Below, in pieces: positions 1-9,891 of a stretch of DNA of 24,649 nucleotides. The notes under the pieces were generated by a model, which was given only the letters and a program-made list of their open reading frames with translations, was not told the DNA's origin and ran no database searches. The position numbers and the translations under genes were made by a program. The DNA lies in NCBI GenBank assembly GCA_963807635.1, contig CAWEDJ010000012.1, positions 1-24,649 on the forward strand, read 5' to 3'. The stretch's first letter is position 1. The number at the start of each line of letters is the position of its first letter. This DNA comes from an uncultured cyanobacterium (GTDB lineage Bacteria; Cyanobacteriota; Cyanobacteriia; Cyanobacteriales; Microcystaceae).

Positions 1-742
1 TAACTTCGCACTGATTTGTGGGATCGATAAAATCATTTTTGAGACGGAATTTTTCTAATTTTTTTTGTAATAGTAAAATACGCTGCTTAATAATAGGAAT
101 TTGTTCGTCTAGGAAAAAAAGTTTTTGCTTTGATTGGCGAGTTTTTTCTTGAATTGTGTATTTCAAATAAGCAGATGCCAACCGACTTAAAACAAATTTC
201 ACTTCCTCCGGAGAATCGGCTTGATAACTAATTTCGACAACTTGAGTGTCCTTTCCTCTACTGATCTTCAACTGCCGAAGAAAGTCCTCTATTTTAAAAT
301 TTTGTCTTTGCTCCTCGTCCTTGAAAAATTGTTTCTGTTGCTGAAGCTTCTCTACAACTGGAGTCAGCAATTTATTACTGACTAATAAGTCGAGTTGAGT
401 GGCATAGTAGGATTCATCGGCCCTCTCCCCACTCAGGCTAGCAATCTGTCCTAGCAAGGGATTCGACAATGAATCAGCATTAGGGGGCGGAATCAATAGC
501 TGAAAAGACTCTTTATAAACTGGTGGTTGTTTGAACAAATACCAGCCAACCAGTCCGCTAACGACACTGCCAACGGCTAACATCCACCACCCGCGACGAC
601 GAACAATCTGAGTAATTTCCTTAAGATCTATCTCTTCTTCTTCCTCCTGCTCCTCCTTAAATTGGGGAGGTTGCTGAAGCAGTAGATGCTGTACTAGGGG
701 TTTTTGATTGGGATTGATGCCGTTGGAGGAAGTTTCTATCAT
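1..742 (-). CDS. wzc: Polysaccharide co-polymerase / chain-length determinant (Wzc/GumC family), 5' portion; runs off the left edge of the window
   Basis: Not in the ORF track. Manual translation from ATG at 742 gives MIETSSNGINPNQKPLVQHLLLQQPPQFKEEQEEEEEIDLKEITQIVRRRGWWMLAVGSVVSGLVGWYLFKQPPVYKESFQLLI...YYATQLDLLVSNKLL. This matches the Wzz-type N-terminal pattern (EIDL..l...lrrr.W, TM helix, P.Y.s...ll, TQ..lL.S..lL). The kinase domain is not visible, so wzc versus wzz cannot be settled. Confidence 0.8.
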   Translation of the reverse strand, partial: MIETSSNGINPNQKPLVQHLLLQQPPQFKEEQEEEEEIDLKEITQIVRRRGWWMLAVGSVVSGLVGWYLFKQPPVYKESFQLLIPPPNADSLSNPLLGQIASLSGERADESYYATQLDLLVSNKLLTPVVEKLQQQKQFFKDEEQRQNFKIEDFLRQLKISRGKDTQVVEISYQADSPEEVKFVLSRLASAYLKYTIQEKTRQSKQKLFFLDEQIPIIKQRILLLQKKLEKFRLKNDFIDPTNQCEV

Positions 743-1135
743 AATTTTTTGATAAATGAACTCTTAAAGTGATCGCACTAAAATTTTTATTAAGACAATG
801 TATCTCATACTTTTATCTTTCGGAGAGTTAGGGGTGAATCTACCCTACACTAATTTTCTCTATCGTCAAGTTGCCATCTTGCTATAGTAATATATTGTCT
901 ATTATAAAAATTTATCGTCAATAAAGACTGAAGAGTCTATATTTTGAGAATTTTTTATGGCTGTCTAATTACTAGAAAATTGCTTTTGATTTGCCATTGG
1001 GTGTTGTTGAATAGGTGGTCATGTGATCGCTTATTTTCTCGGTTTTACACTGAAAATAAGACAAGGGACGACGATTATCCCGTATTTTAAATTTTATTTA
1101 TAATATTCTTATTTGCATAGGTTACTATTACAGTA

Positions 1136-1230
1136 TTTTTGTGAAATTTTTGTGAATGCAAACAACAACATAATCTTTTTTGTGAACATAGACTACTGAT
1201 ACAACATTTCTGTGAATTTTTTGTGAATAA
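1136..1230. repeat. Cluster of five direct TGTGAA motifs, each preceded by a T-rich tract, upstream of wzc
   Basis: TGTGAA starts at 1140, 1151, 1181, 1211 and 1222 (spacings 11, 30, 30, 11). Confidence 0.6.
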
Positions 1231-1412
1231 ACTTAAGATGATGTGTCCGATAAATTAAAATCATCAGAGCTAAAAAGGTTAGATATGGAAAAATACCCAA
1301 GCTGAAGTCGATTGATAGAGAAAAATCGTCTTAGAAGTTGGGTTATCCCTATAAAAACTTGTTATGTGTAGTATCCAATTAAACAAAAATGCAAATGCAC
1401 ACAATTTTAAGA

Positions 1413-1979
1413 TTAATTGGTTTGAGGGGGCGGAATGACGGGAATCGGTTGACTAGGATTGTCATTACTATTTTCGACGGGGGGAGAATCATTCGCACTG
1501 GCGGCAGAATCATCGTTAGCCATTTGATTGCTTTCGTGCTGAGGATAGCTCAACTCAGGACTCGTAGAATTAGGAGACGAGTTTTCCGGGCTGGATGTCC
1601 CAGGCTCAGTAGAAGGGATAATAGATTTATCAGTACTTTCTGGATCTGGTTTTAAAATCTTAGTCGCCTTGCTGTCTGGATCGGCTTCAGTCCTCGTGTT
1701 GTCTGGAGTGGGGGAAGTGATGGTCTGGGAGCTAGATTTTTCTAAGGAGCCTTGTTTTATCGATTCTGGCTTATCATTCAAGACTTCTGAGAGAGGTTTG
1801 GTAAAATCTGAATAATTAGCAGGATTTTTGGGTGATTTTTTCAAGTTTTCCACCGATGGTTGACAAGCCTCCGAAGATAGACCGAACTTACATCTCAACT
1901 CTTCTCGTGCGAGAGAGACAAAGATCCCTGTCGTTGAAACCATCAACGCGATAACAGTGACAAAATTTCTCATATCCAA
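1413..1979 (-). CDS. Hypothetical protein with an N-terminal hydrophobic anchor and a Ser/Pro/Asn-rich disordered tail
   Basis: 188-aa ORF with TM-like FVTVIALMVSTTGIFVSLA, then REELRCKFGL...C, a low-complexity linker and a C-terminal PIPVIPPP. Confidence 0.7.
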   Translation of the reverse strand: MDMRNFVTVIALMVSTTGIFVSLAREELRCKFGLSSEACQPSVENLKKSPKNPANYSDFTKPLSEVLNDKPESIKQGSLEKSSSQTITSPTPDNTRTEADPDSKATKILKPDPESTDKSIIPSTEPGTSSPENSSPNSTSPELSYPQHESNQMANDDSAASANDSPPVENSNDNPSQPIPVIPPPQTN

Positions 1980-2173
1980 CCAGTGATCTCCTCTGAATTA
2001 TGCCAGGTTTTATTCTAGAGTGGAGTTTACCCCAATGCCCATAGACTAATTTTTGGGACTAGATGTTTCGTTTGGCGACTGACTTTCCCCAAGTCCAAGC
2101 CAGACCGTTAATCTAAGTTGTTCGTTAATTCGACCTATGCGGATTAATTCTTTGTCAATTCTTTCTGAGAAAG

Positions 2174-2191
2174 GTTAACATAAGTTAACAA
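2174..2191 (+). promoter_or_regulatory. Candidate HLR1-like (RpaB-type) direct repeat upstream of ftsH
   Basis: GTTAACA-TAA-GTTAACA is a perfect 7-mer direct repeat with 10-bp period about 80 bp upstream of the ftsH start. It resembles (G/T)TTACA(T/A)(T/A)-N2 repeats with 1-2 mismatches per half. Confidence 0.4.
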
Positions 2192-2269
2192 GCACTAATG
2201 GATTTTCCCGATCCTGTCAAATTTTTACAATAACGATCCTATCTTTATCAACCCTCGGAGATGTACCGC

Positions 2270-4119
2270 GTGAACAAAAATAATAAAAAATGGCGTAATG
2301 CTGGCCTTTATGCGCTCCTCTTAATTGTCGTTTTAGCCCTAGCGTCCGCTTTTTTAGATAGACAACCCCAGAGCAGAGAAGTTTTGACCTACAGTGATTT
2401 CATTCATCAAGTCGAAGGCAACAAAATTGATCGGGTTAATCTCAGTGCGGATCGTACCCAGGCCCAGGTTCCTAACCCATCAGGAGGACAGCCTTTTCTG
2501 GTCAATCTTCCCAATGATCCAGATTTAATTAATATTTTGACAAAAAATGGCGTAGATATCGCCGTTCAGCCCCAAACCGATGATAGTTTCTGGTTACGGG
2601 TTGCCAGCAGCCTTTTCTTACCAATTTTGTTATTGGTTGGATTATTTTTGTTATTACGTCGCGCTCAGAGTGGGCCAGGCTCCCAGGCAATGAATTTTGG
2701 GAAATCTAAGGCCAGGGTACAGATGGAACCCCAGACCCAAGTGACCTTTGGTGATGTGGCGGGTATTGAACAGGCGAAGTTAGAACTGACTGAAGTGGTA
2801 GACTTCCTGAAAAATGCAGACCGATTCACGGCGATCGGAGCCAAGATTCCTAAAGGGGTTTTGTTAGTCGGCCCTCCTGGAACAGGTAAAACCCTCTTAG
2901 CTAAAGCGGTTGCAGGTGAAGCGGGTGTTCCTTTCTTCAGCATTTCAGGTTCGGAATTTGTGGAAATGTTCGTTGGGGTCGGTGCATCCCGCGTTCGTGA
3001 CCTGTTTGAACAAGCCAAAGCTAGTGCGCCTTGCATCGTCTTTATTGATGAGATTGATGCGGTTGGTCGTCAACGGGGTGCGGGTTTAGGGGGTGGTAAT
3101 GATGAGCGGGAACAAACTTTAAACCAACTCTTAACAGAAATGGATGGTTTTGAAGGAAATACGGGAATCATCATTATTGCGGCAACGAACCGTCCTGATG
3201 TTTTGGATTCTGCCTTGATGCGTCCAGGTCGTTTTGATCGTCAAGTCGTGGTCGATCGCCCTGATTATGCGGGACGTAAGGAAATTCTCAATGTCCATGC
3301 GCGTGGCAAGACCTTATCGAAAGATGTGGATCTCGATAAAATTGCTCGTCGGACTCCTGGTTTTACGGGGGCAGATTTATCGAATCTCCTTAATGAATCA
3401 GCTATTTTGGCGGCCCGTCGCAATTTGACCGAAATTTCAATGGATGAAGTGAATGATGCGATCGATCGCGTCCTAGCGGGCCAGAGAAAAAGAATCGGGT
3501 GATGAGCGAAAAACGCAAAACCTTGGTGGCTTACCATGAAGCGGGTCATGCTCTTGTGGGTGCGTTGATGCCCGATTATGATCCTGTCCAAAAAATCAGT
3601 ATTATTCCCCGTGGCCGTGCGGGTGGTTTGACTTGGTTTACGCCTAGTGAAGACCGTATGGAATCGGGTTTATATTCGCGTTCCTATCTACAAAATCAAA
3701 TGGCGGTTGCCCTCGGTGGTCGGATTGCTGAAGAAATTATCTTTGGTGAGGAAGAAGTCACCACTGGAGCTTCTAATGATCTTCAACAGGTTGCGCGGGT
3801 TGCTCGTCAGATGATTACTCGGTTTGGTATGAGCGATCGCCTGGGGCCTGTGGCGTTGGGTCGTCAAGGCGGCGGTGTTTTCATGGGACGAGATATTGCG
3901 TCTGACCGTGATTTTTCCGATGATACGGCGGCAACGATTGATGAAGAGGTTCGTCAGTTGGTGGATCAGGCTTATCAACGGGCAAAGGAAGTTCTACTCA
4001 ACAACCGCATTATTCTGGATAAGTTAGCGGAAATGTTAGTGGAAAAGGAAACGGTTGATTCTGATGAGTTGCAAGAAATTCTTACCAGTAATGAAGTCAG
4101 AATGGCGGCTTTAGCTTAA
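2270..4119 (+). CDS. ftsH: ATP-dependent zinc metalloprotease FtsH (FtsH3-type); one apparent frameshift at ~3481
   Basis: Two TM helices, Walker A GPPGTGKT, Walker [31 protein letters not shown] and zinc motif HEAGH. ORFs 2261-3502 and 3499-4119 join as ...[17 protein letters not shown] if one C is added to GGGCC|AGAG. The probable start is GTG 2270, with GGAG at 2257-2260. Confidence 0.97.
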
Positions 4120-4143
4120 TTTTTTAGCTAATTAATATTTAAT

Positions 4144-4174
4144 AAGGGTGGTTTTTATAAGCCACTCTTTTTTT
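4144..4174 (+). terminator. Rho-independent terminator of ftsH
   Basis: Stem AGGGTGGTT / AGCCACTCT (with G-U pairs) with an AT-rich loop, followed by a T-run, about 25 bp after the ftsH stop. Confidence 0.75.
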
Positions 4175-4271
4175 GTGGATTTTTTACAGGATGCGATCAC
4201 GTTATTGATTAACCTATTGCTTTCTCATCAATGATAAATTACAATGGCATAAAGTTTGGCGAAAAAAAATT

Positions 4272-4415
4272 ATGCTCAAAATCATCGAAGATTTTTTTCA
4301 AGACGAAAAAAATTAACTTACTGAACTCCCGCAAAATATCAGCGATCACTTTTCCGTGTTGGTTAGTTTTCTAGATACTGCTGGGATCGCTCCTATCACA
4401 AAAGAATCATTGTAA
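4272..4415 (+). pseudogene. Remnant of a small antitoxin-like gene with an in-frame stop
   Basis: Reads MLKIIEDFFQDEKN*LTELPQNISDHFSVLVSFLDTAGIAPITKESL*. TAA at 4314 aligns with CAA in the homologous copy starting at 5019. From recall, it resembles cyanobacterial small proteins beginning MLKTIEGIYQ.G.I.L.ELP. Confidence 0.55.
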
Positions 4416-4424
4416 GGTTATTTT

Positions 4425-4986
4425 ATGGGAATTATTCGAGGGCCAAGGAAAACTAATAAAATGGCAAGATGATAAAGGTTATGGATTTATTCGGCCAAAT
4501 GATGGAAATCAAGAAATTTTCTTGCATATCAGCTCGTTAAAAAATGCAAGTCGCCGCCCCAAAGTCGGAGATACGATTATATATGAGTTAGTTACTGAGA
4601 AAAACGGAAAGTCACGTGCGGCTCAAGCATCAATTCAAGGTGTTAATCCTCGAACAGTTTCTTTTCAACAGAAATCAATAAAAAGTAAACCAATTAAAAC
4701 AATATTTAAAAATGTATTCGGCATTGTCGCCCTGATTGGATTGGCTGCAAGTGCCTTTTGGGGAAGCGAATGGAGTCGTAGTCGTTCTCGTTCTCTTATT
4801 CCATCTATCATAAAACCAAACTGTAATGTTAAAGGTAACATATCCCAGAATACAGGAAGGAAACTTTACCACATCCCAGGTATGGAAGATTATGAGTCAA
4901 CAGTGATTGATCCACAAAGTGGAGAAAAATGGTTTTGTACAGAATCAGAAGCCATCAATAATGGTTGGCAGAAAGCACCAAATTAA
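4425..4986 (+). CDS. Cold-shock-domain protein with a TM helix and a C-terminal CxxKGNI...YH.PG...WFC domain (ExoI C-terminal / Ada-like metal-binding type); +1 frameshift near the start
   Basis: The frame upstream of the 4522 ORF reads GQGKLIKWQDDKGYGFIRPNDGNQEIFLHIS (CSD RNP1/RNP2 motifs). It joins ATG 4425 if one G is removed from a GGG run. TM segment VFGIVALIGLAASAFW, then CNVKGNISQNTGRKLYHIPGMEDY...WFCTESEAINNGWQKA. Confidence 0.85.
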
Positions 4987-5018
4987 TTAAAAATGATATA
5001 AAATTTTGCAAAAAAATC

Positions 5019-5718
5019 GTGATAAAAAGTATTGAAGAAATTTATCAAGACGGACAACCTCAACCGACTGAACTTCCTCAACGGGTGATTAATGCCTGGT
5101 CTTGGGGGGCGCAGGATCAACTCATTGCGAATGCGACGGTAATGGGCGATCGCCTATTGGTTTTTAGTTGTGCGATGGAAAAATTAGAGATTGCTTTTTC
5201 TGATTTGCCTTGTTTAAAATTAATTCCCATTGACGAGCGGGGTGATTTTACTATTTCTGAAGAAGGAAGTTATTTACACTGGCCGAAAACAGGATATTCA
5301 TTTGGATTTGGATGCCTTACGTTGTGCGATCAATCCCAATGTTAAGAATAAATTTGATGCCTATAAGCTGACCCATGATCGGTCATTCGGTCAGGCGATC
5401 GCGACTTTACGGAAACAATCTAAGCTGAAACAATCTGATATTATTGGTTTATCAGAAAGACAGGTAAGCCGTATTGAAAAAGGGGAAGGAACGAAGATAG
5501 AAACGTTAGATTTATTTGCCCAAGCTCATCAAATGGAGTTGAACGATTATCTGGAGGCTGTTGCTAATTTAATGATGGATGTTTCAGAGACAATTTTTGC
5601 TAACGTAAACGATGCTGATACAGAAGAATCACTAGAAAATCAAGATCCACGTCAAATAATGGGTTTTGAAAGGGTTGAAGTGGTTGCAAAAAAAATGAAC
5701 TCTGATTGTCATCCATAA
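5019..5718 (+). CDS. DUF2442-like domain plus XRE helix-turn-helix protein; one frameshift at ~5286-5289
   Basis: Removing one A from CCGAAAACAG gives ...SEEGSYLHWPKQDIHLDLDAL, a DUF2442-like G..lhWp..DiDl motif. It is followed by FGQAIATLRKQSKLKQSDIIGLSERQVSRIEKG (XRE HTH). GTG start at 5019 is inferred from the repeat alignment. Confidence 0.75.
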
Positions 5719-5738
5719 TAATTAGGAGAGTAAAATTG

Positions 5739-6921
5739 ATGAAAATTTTAGTCGATGCAGATCATATTTTAGAATATATTCTAAATCGTTCTTATCCTGA
5801 TAATGATTTATCTGAGAAAGATAATAATTTATCTGAGAAAACTAAGAGTTTATCTGAGAAAGTTGAGAGTTTATGGACGCTGATAAACAAAAATAAAGAC
5901 ATAATAGAAGCTTCTCTTACGATACAAGGTTTTAATAAAATCAACGATATTTTAAGTATATTTTCTCAAGAAAACGCTGAAAAAGTAGCTACTCGACTAA
6001 AATTCCTTTTTAAAATCTGTGACAATCGTAATTCAGGTTGCGTTTTTTCTCCTATTCGTCAGCATAATGACATTGAAAAAGCAATCGAGTTAATATCTTT
6101 CTATGAACATGGTTTTGATGCTCTTGTCACAGAACAATCTTCAAGATATAAAGAACTGATTTTACCTTCCAGCTATGTACAGATTTTACCTAAAAAATAT
6201 AATGAGAAACACGGTGAAAAGTTTCCATTTATTTGAAGTATAGAAAGCTTAATAAATAGGTGTGATTTAGAAAAAAAAGGCATATTAAGAATAAATTCTT
6301 GCATACAATTATCTTTATTCTCCAATATTGAGGAAAATTCTCTGTTTAAATATCGGATAAGAAATAGGGTTGAACCAGTACTTGCCGCTTTTAATCGCTT
6401 AAAAAATAAAGGATATAACGGCATGGCAAAACAAGATTTTATTTCTGGGTTTAAAGGATCTTAATGTAACAGCAGAAAGTATTCTCTGGGATCTACAACA
6501 TCTTGGGATGATAGACACTTATAACAACAGAATTACAGTTGGAAAACATCTTCTAGATACAGGAAATGGTGAAATTTCACAATATTTAAATTCGGTTCTC
6601 AAAGAACATCCATTAGTTCAATCTGTTCATGAACATTTAAACTCTGGCAAGCTTTTGAATCAATGGGGACTTGATGAAATTATTGAAAATATATATTCCG
6701 ATAAGAAATTGAAACCTAAAACATTAGGAGATTATAGAAGTAGAGTTATATCTTGGCTTATCTTTGCTAAACTAATCGAAAAAAAGAGCTACGATAAACA
6801 TAACACAATATTTACCCTACCCAGTGTCAATAAACAGAGAGAAGGTACAATACAGTTACAACAGCTAGAGCTAGGGCTTGAGTTAGAAACCACATCGAGC
6901 TATAGATCAACATCTGCGTAG
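5739..6921 (+). pseudogene. PIN-like domain protein with a C-terminal helical (possibly winged-helix) extension; interrupted by TGA at 6234 and a +1 frameshift at ~6448
   Basis: AGGAG RBS at 5724. The N-terminus MKILVDADHILEYILNR and later DIEKAIE..FDALVT fit a PIN fold. The frame stays open after TGA (FPFI*SIESLINRCDLE) up to GGG at 6447, then joins the 6508-6921 ORF via LKDLNVTAESILWDLQHLGMID. Confidence 0.6.
5799..5873 (+). repeat. In-frame 21-bp tandem repeat (~3.5 units) within the PIN gene
   Basis: GATAATGATTTATCTGAGAAA / GATAATAATTTATCTGAGAAA / ACTAAGAGTTTATCTGAGAAA / GTTGAGAGTTTA, encoding DNDLSEK-DNNLSEK-TKSLSEK-VESL. Confidence 0.85.
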
Positions 6922-7234
6922 CATTTACGAGTCAACTTTTCTCAATTATCTATTTTTATTCAGCAAATTTGCATAAGAATCTCATCTCGTTATAAACTCA
7001 AAGGATTTTATTGATATTAGAATACTTATAATATCTTTTGACTTAATCGCAAAATCAAGATTAAACTGACTCTGCGGGAAAAGCGATCACATTCTTGAAA
7101 AGTATATTTTTTGCAATTATGTGTGTTTTAAGCTTTAGGCTAATTACGATCGCGTTTTTTAAAGAAAGAAGAAAAATAGCTGAAGTTTCTATATGATAGA
7201 AAAAACAACCGTTCAAATTAAACAAGCAAAATCC

Positions 7235-8459
7235 ATGCTGACTGTTAATCAAGCTGAATCTCTGATTTTAGATATTATTTCTCCCCTCAATCAAACGGAA
7301 ATTTGCTCATTGGAAAACGTTTTTAATCGAATTTTAGCCGAATCGGTTAGCAGTCATTTAGATTTTCCCTATTGGGATAATTCAGCAATGGATGGTTATG
7401 CAGTGAAATTTGAAGATGTAAAGGGAGCAACACCCAATCAACCCGTTGTTTTAAATGTGATTGAAGAAATTCCCGCAGGTCGTAAACCCCAATTGACCTT
7501 GCGATCGCAACAAGCGGCTCGAATTTTCACAGGGGCAATGTTGCCAACAGGAGCCGATACAATTGTGATGCAGGAAAACACCACAAGCCAAGGCGATCGC
7601 GTTTCAATTTTAATTGCTCCCTCAAATCACCAAATGTTTGTCCGTAAAAAAGGAGAATATGCCGAAGCGGGAAAGATTCTACTCGCCAAGGGAACGATGA
7701 TTAAAGAGCCTGAAATGGCTATTTTGGCCACTGCTCAAAAAAACGAGGTTACAGTTTATCGTCGTCCCCTGGTTGCCATTTTTTCGACGGGAGATGAATT
7801 GATTTCCCCCGATAAAACCCTAAACCTGGGCAAATTATTGATTCTAACCAGTTTGCTTTAACGTCATTCCTCCAAGGACAAGGCGCAACTTCCCTTAATT
7901 TGGGGATTGTTACCGATGATCGCGATCGCCTACGGGAAACCATGAGCCAGGCAATTAACAAAGCCGACTTGGTACTTTCAACGGGAGGCGTTTCCGTTGG
8001 TGATTATGATTATGTTGAAGAATTATTGAAGGAATTGGGCGAGAGATCCTGATTCAAAATGTGGCCATTAAACCAGGCAAACCCTTGACGGTGGCGAAGT
8101 TTGCCAATGGCTGTATTTATTTCGGCATTCCTGGTAATCCCGTTTCCGCGTTAGTGAGTTGTTGGCGTTTTGTGCAACCTGCTTTGAAAAAATTATCGGG
8201 TTTAGCCCATCCCTGGCGACCTAATTTTATTAAAGCACGAACGAAAAATCCTCTAAAACCTGATAGCAAAAGAGAAACCTATTTGTGGGGAAAAGTACAC
8301 TGGGATGACCAGGGAAATGCTCAATTTCAAGGGGCTTCTGGGAGTCATAGTTCGGGTAATTTAATCAACTTAGCTCAAACAAATTGCCTAGCTTGTTTAC
8401 CCCAAGGCGAACAAATTATTGAAATAGATCAACCTATTTTAGTGATGCTAGTCAGATAA
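7235..8459 (+). CDS. moeA: Molybdopterin molybdotransferase MoeA; two apparent frameshifts (~7822, ~8041)
   Basis: Motifs DNSAMDGYAV, RIFTGAMLP.GAD.IVMQE and STGDEL. The middle frame (not in the track) reads GQIIDSNQF...LSTGGVSVGDYD, followed by AIKPGKP, FGIPGNPVSA and SSGNLINLAQTN. Confidence 0.95.
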
Positions 8460-8472
8460 TATTTTGATTGAT

Positions 8473-9836
8473 TTAACCCGGCAACCGTTTAATCCAATTC
8501 AGTTTATTACCATAGGGAGGATAACGGACATTCAACTCAAAACGAAAGGATTTTTTCAGGACACTTTTATAGTGAGAAAAGCTATCAAAACTGGCTTTTC
8601 CGTGATAGGCTCCCATGCCACTCGGCCCCACGCCGCCAAAGGGTAAATCAATAACTCCTACCTGAAAAATAGTATCATTAATACAAACCCCCCCTGAAGA
8701 AGTCGCTTCTAGTATTTGTTCTTGTTTAGATTTGTTATTAGAAAATAAATATAATGCCAAAGGCTTAGGGCGTTGATTGATAAAAGCGATCGCGTCTTCT
8801 AAGTTAGAGTAATCTAAAATGGGTAAAATCGGCCAAAAATTTCTTCTTGCATTAATTCCGATTCTAGGGAAACGTTCGTCATCAGGGTCGGCGCGATATA
8901 TTTTTCGGCGAGATCCGTTTGACCACCGACTAAAATATCACCCTCTTTGAGTAAGGCTTTTAAGCGATTAAACTGACGCTTATTCACAATCCGACAATAA
9001 TCAGGACTGGTTTGGGGATTTTCTCCATAAAAATTGACAATACACGATTGAAGTTTAGTTATTAAAGCTTCTTTAATCGATTTTTCCACTAACAAATAAT
9101 CGGGCGCAATACAGGTTTGTCCTGCATTGAAAAATTTCCCCCAAGCAATCCGTTTAGCCGTTTCTTCTAGGTCAATTTCTGTATCCACAATGCAGGGACT
9201 TTTTCCACCTAATTCTAAAGTAACAGGGGTTAAATTTTTGGCCGCCGCTTCCATCACTAATTGACCAATTTTAGTACCGCCTGTAAAGAAAATATGATCA
9301 AATTTTTCTGCTAATAACTGTTGGCTAACGGTGGCATCTCCTTCAATTACGGTAATTTCGGTATTTGAAAAAGTTTGCTGAATAAGGGTTGCAATCAGTT
9401 GGGAAACGGTAGGGGTACTTTCTGAGGGTTTAATCACCGCACAATTTCCTGCCGCGATCGCGCCGATAAGAGGAGAGATCGCCAAGGCAAAAGGATAATT
9501 CCAAGGACTAATAATCAGTACCACTCCCAGGGGGTCGGGATAGATTTGAGCGACAGACGGAAAGGCTTCTGGATTCGTTTTGACTCGTCGGGGTTTAGCC
9601 CATTTTTTGAGATGTTTGAGGGCATAATTAATCTCTTGGATGCTGACTCGAATTTCCGTGAGATAGCTATCTAATTCGGGTTTTCTGAGATCCTGATGAA
9701 GGGCTTTAACAATAGAACTTTCTTGCTCAAGAATGGCTTGTTTTAATCGGTTTAATTGCTCTAATCGGTAATCTAGAGATTTAGTTTTTCCTGTAGCAAA
9801 ATGTTTTCTTTGTTCTTCAATTAGTTGCTTAAACAT
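8473..9836 (-). CDS. NAD(P)-dependent aldehyde dehydrogenase (ALDH family 3 type); one frameshift at ~8831
   Basis: Motifs PWNYP, FFTGG, catalytic LELGGKSP and NAGQTCIAPDY. EEIFGPILPI is restored by adding one C, and the C-terminal PFGGVGPSGMGAYHG lies in ORF 8473-8760. Confidence 0.95.
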
Positions 9837-9891
9837 TGTTTTTGATGGTTATTTTATAATAATGAAATCCTATTTTGATCAACCTAAACTA

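Larger units (their letters stand above)
4236..5081 (+). repeat. Diverged ~95-bp direct repeat pair (4236-4334 and 4984-5081) flanking the CSD gene
   Basis: Gapless alignment of 4272-4334 with 5019-5081 gives 45/63 identical bases. The upstream AT-rich leaders also align (aattacaatggcataaagtttggcgaaaaaaaatt versus aattaaaaatgatataaaattttgcaaaaaaatc). Confidence 0.7.

Noticed and set aside
1136..1230. Mini CRISPR array or oriC
   Set aside because: Repeats are only 6-11 bp with unequal spacers and no cas genes. Only one box fits the DnaA consensus, and there is no dnaA/dnaN context.
3470..3502. Split ftsH (separate AAA and protease genes) or programmed frameshift
   Set aside because: The conserved linker AGPEKK is restored by one C, there is no slippery heptamer, and the same error type recurs across the window.
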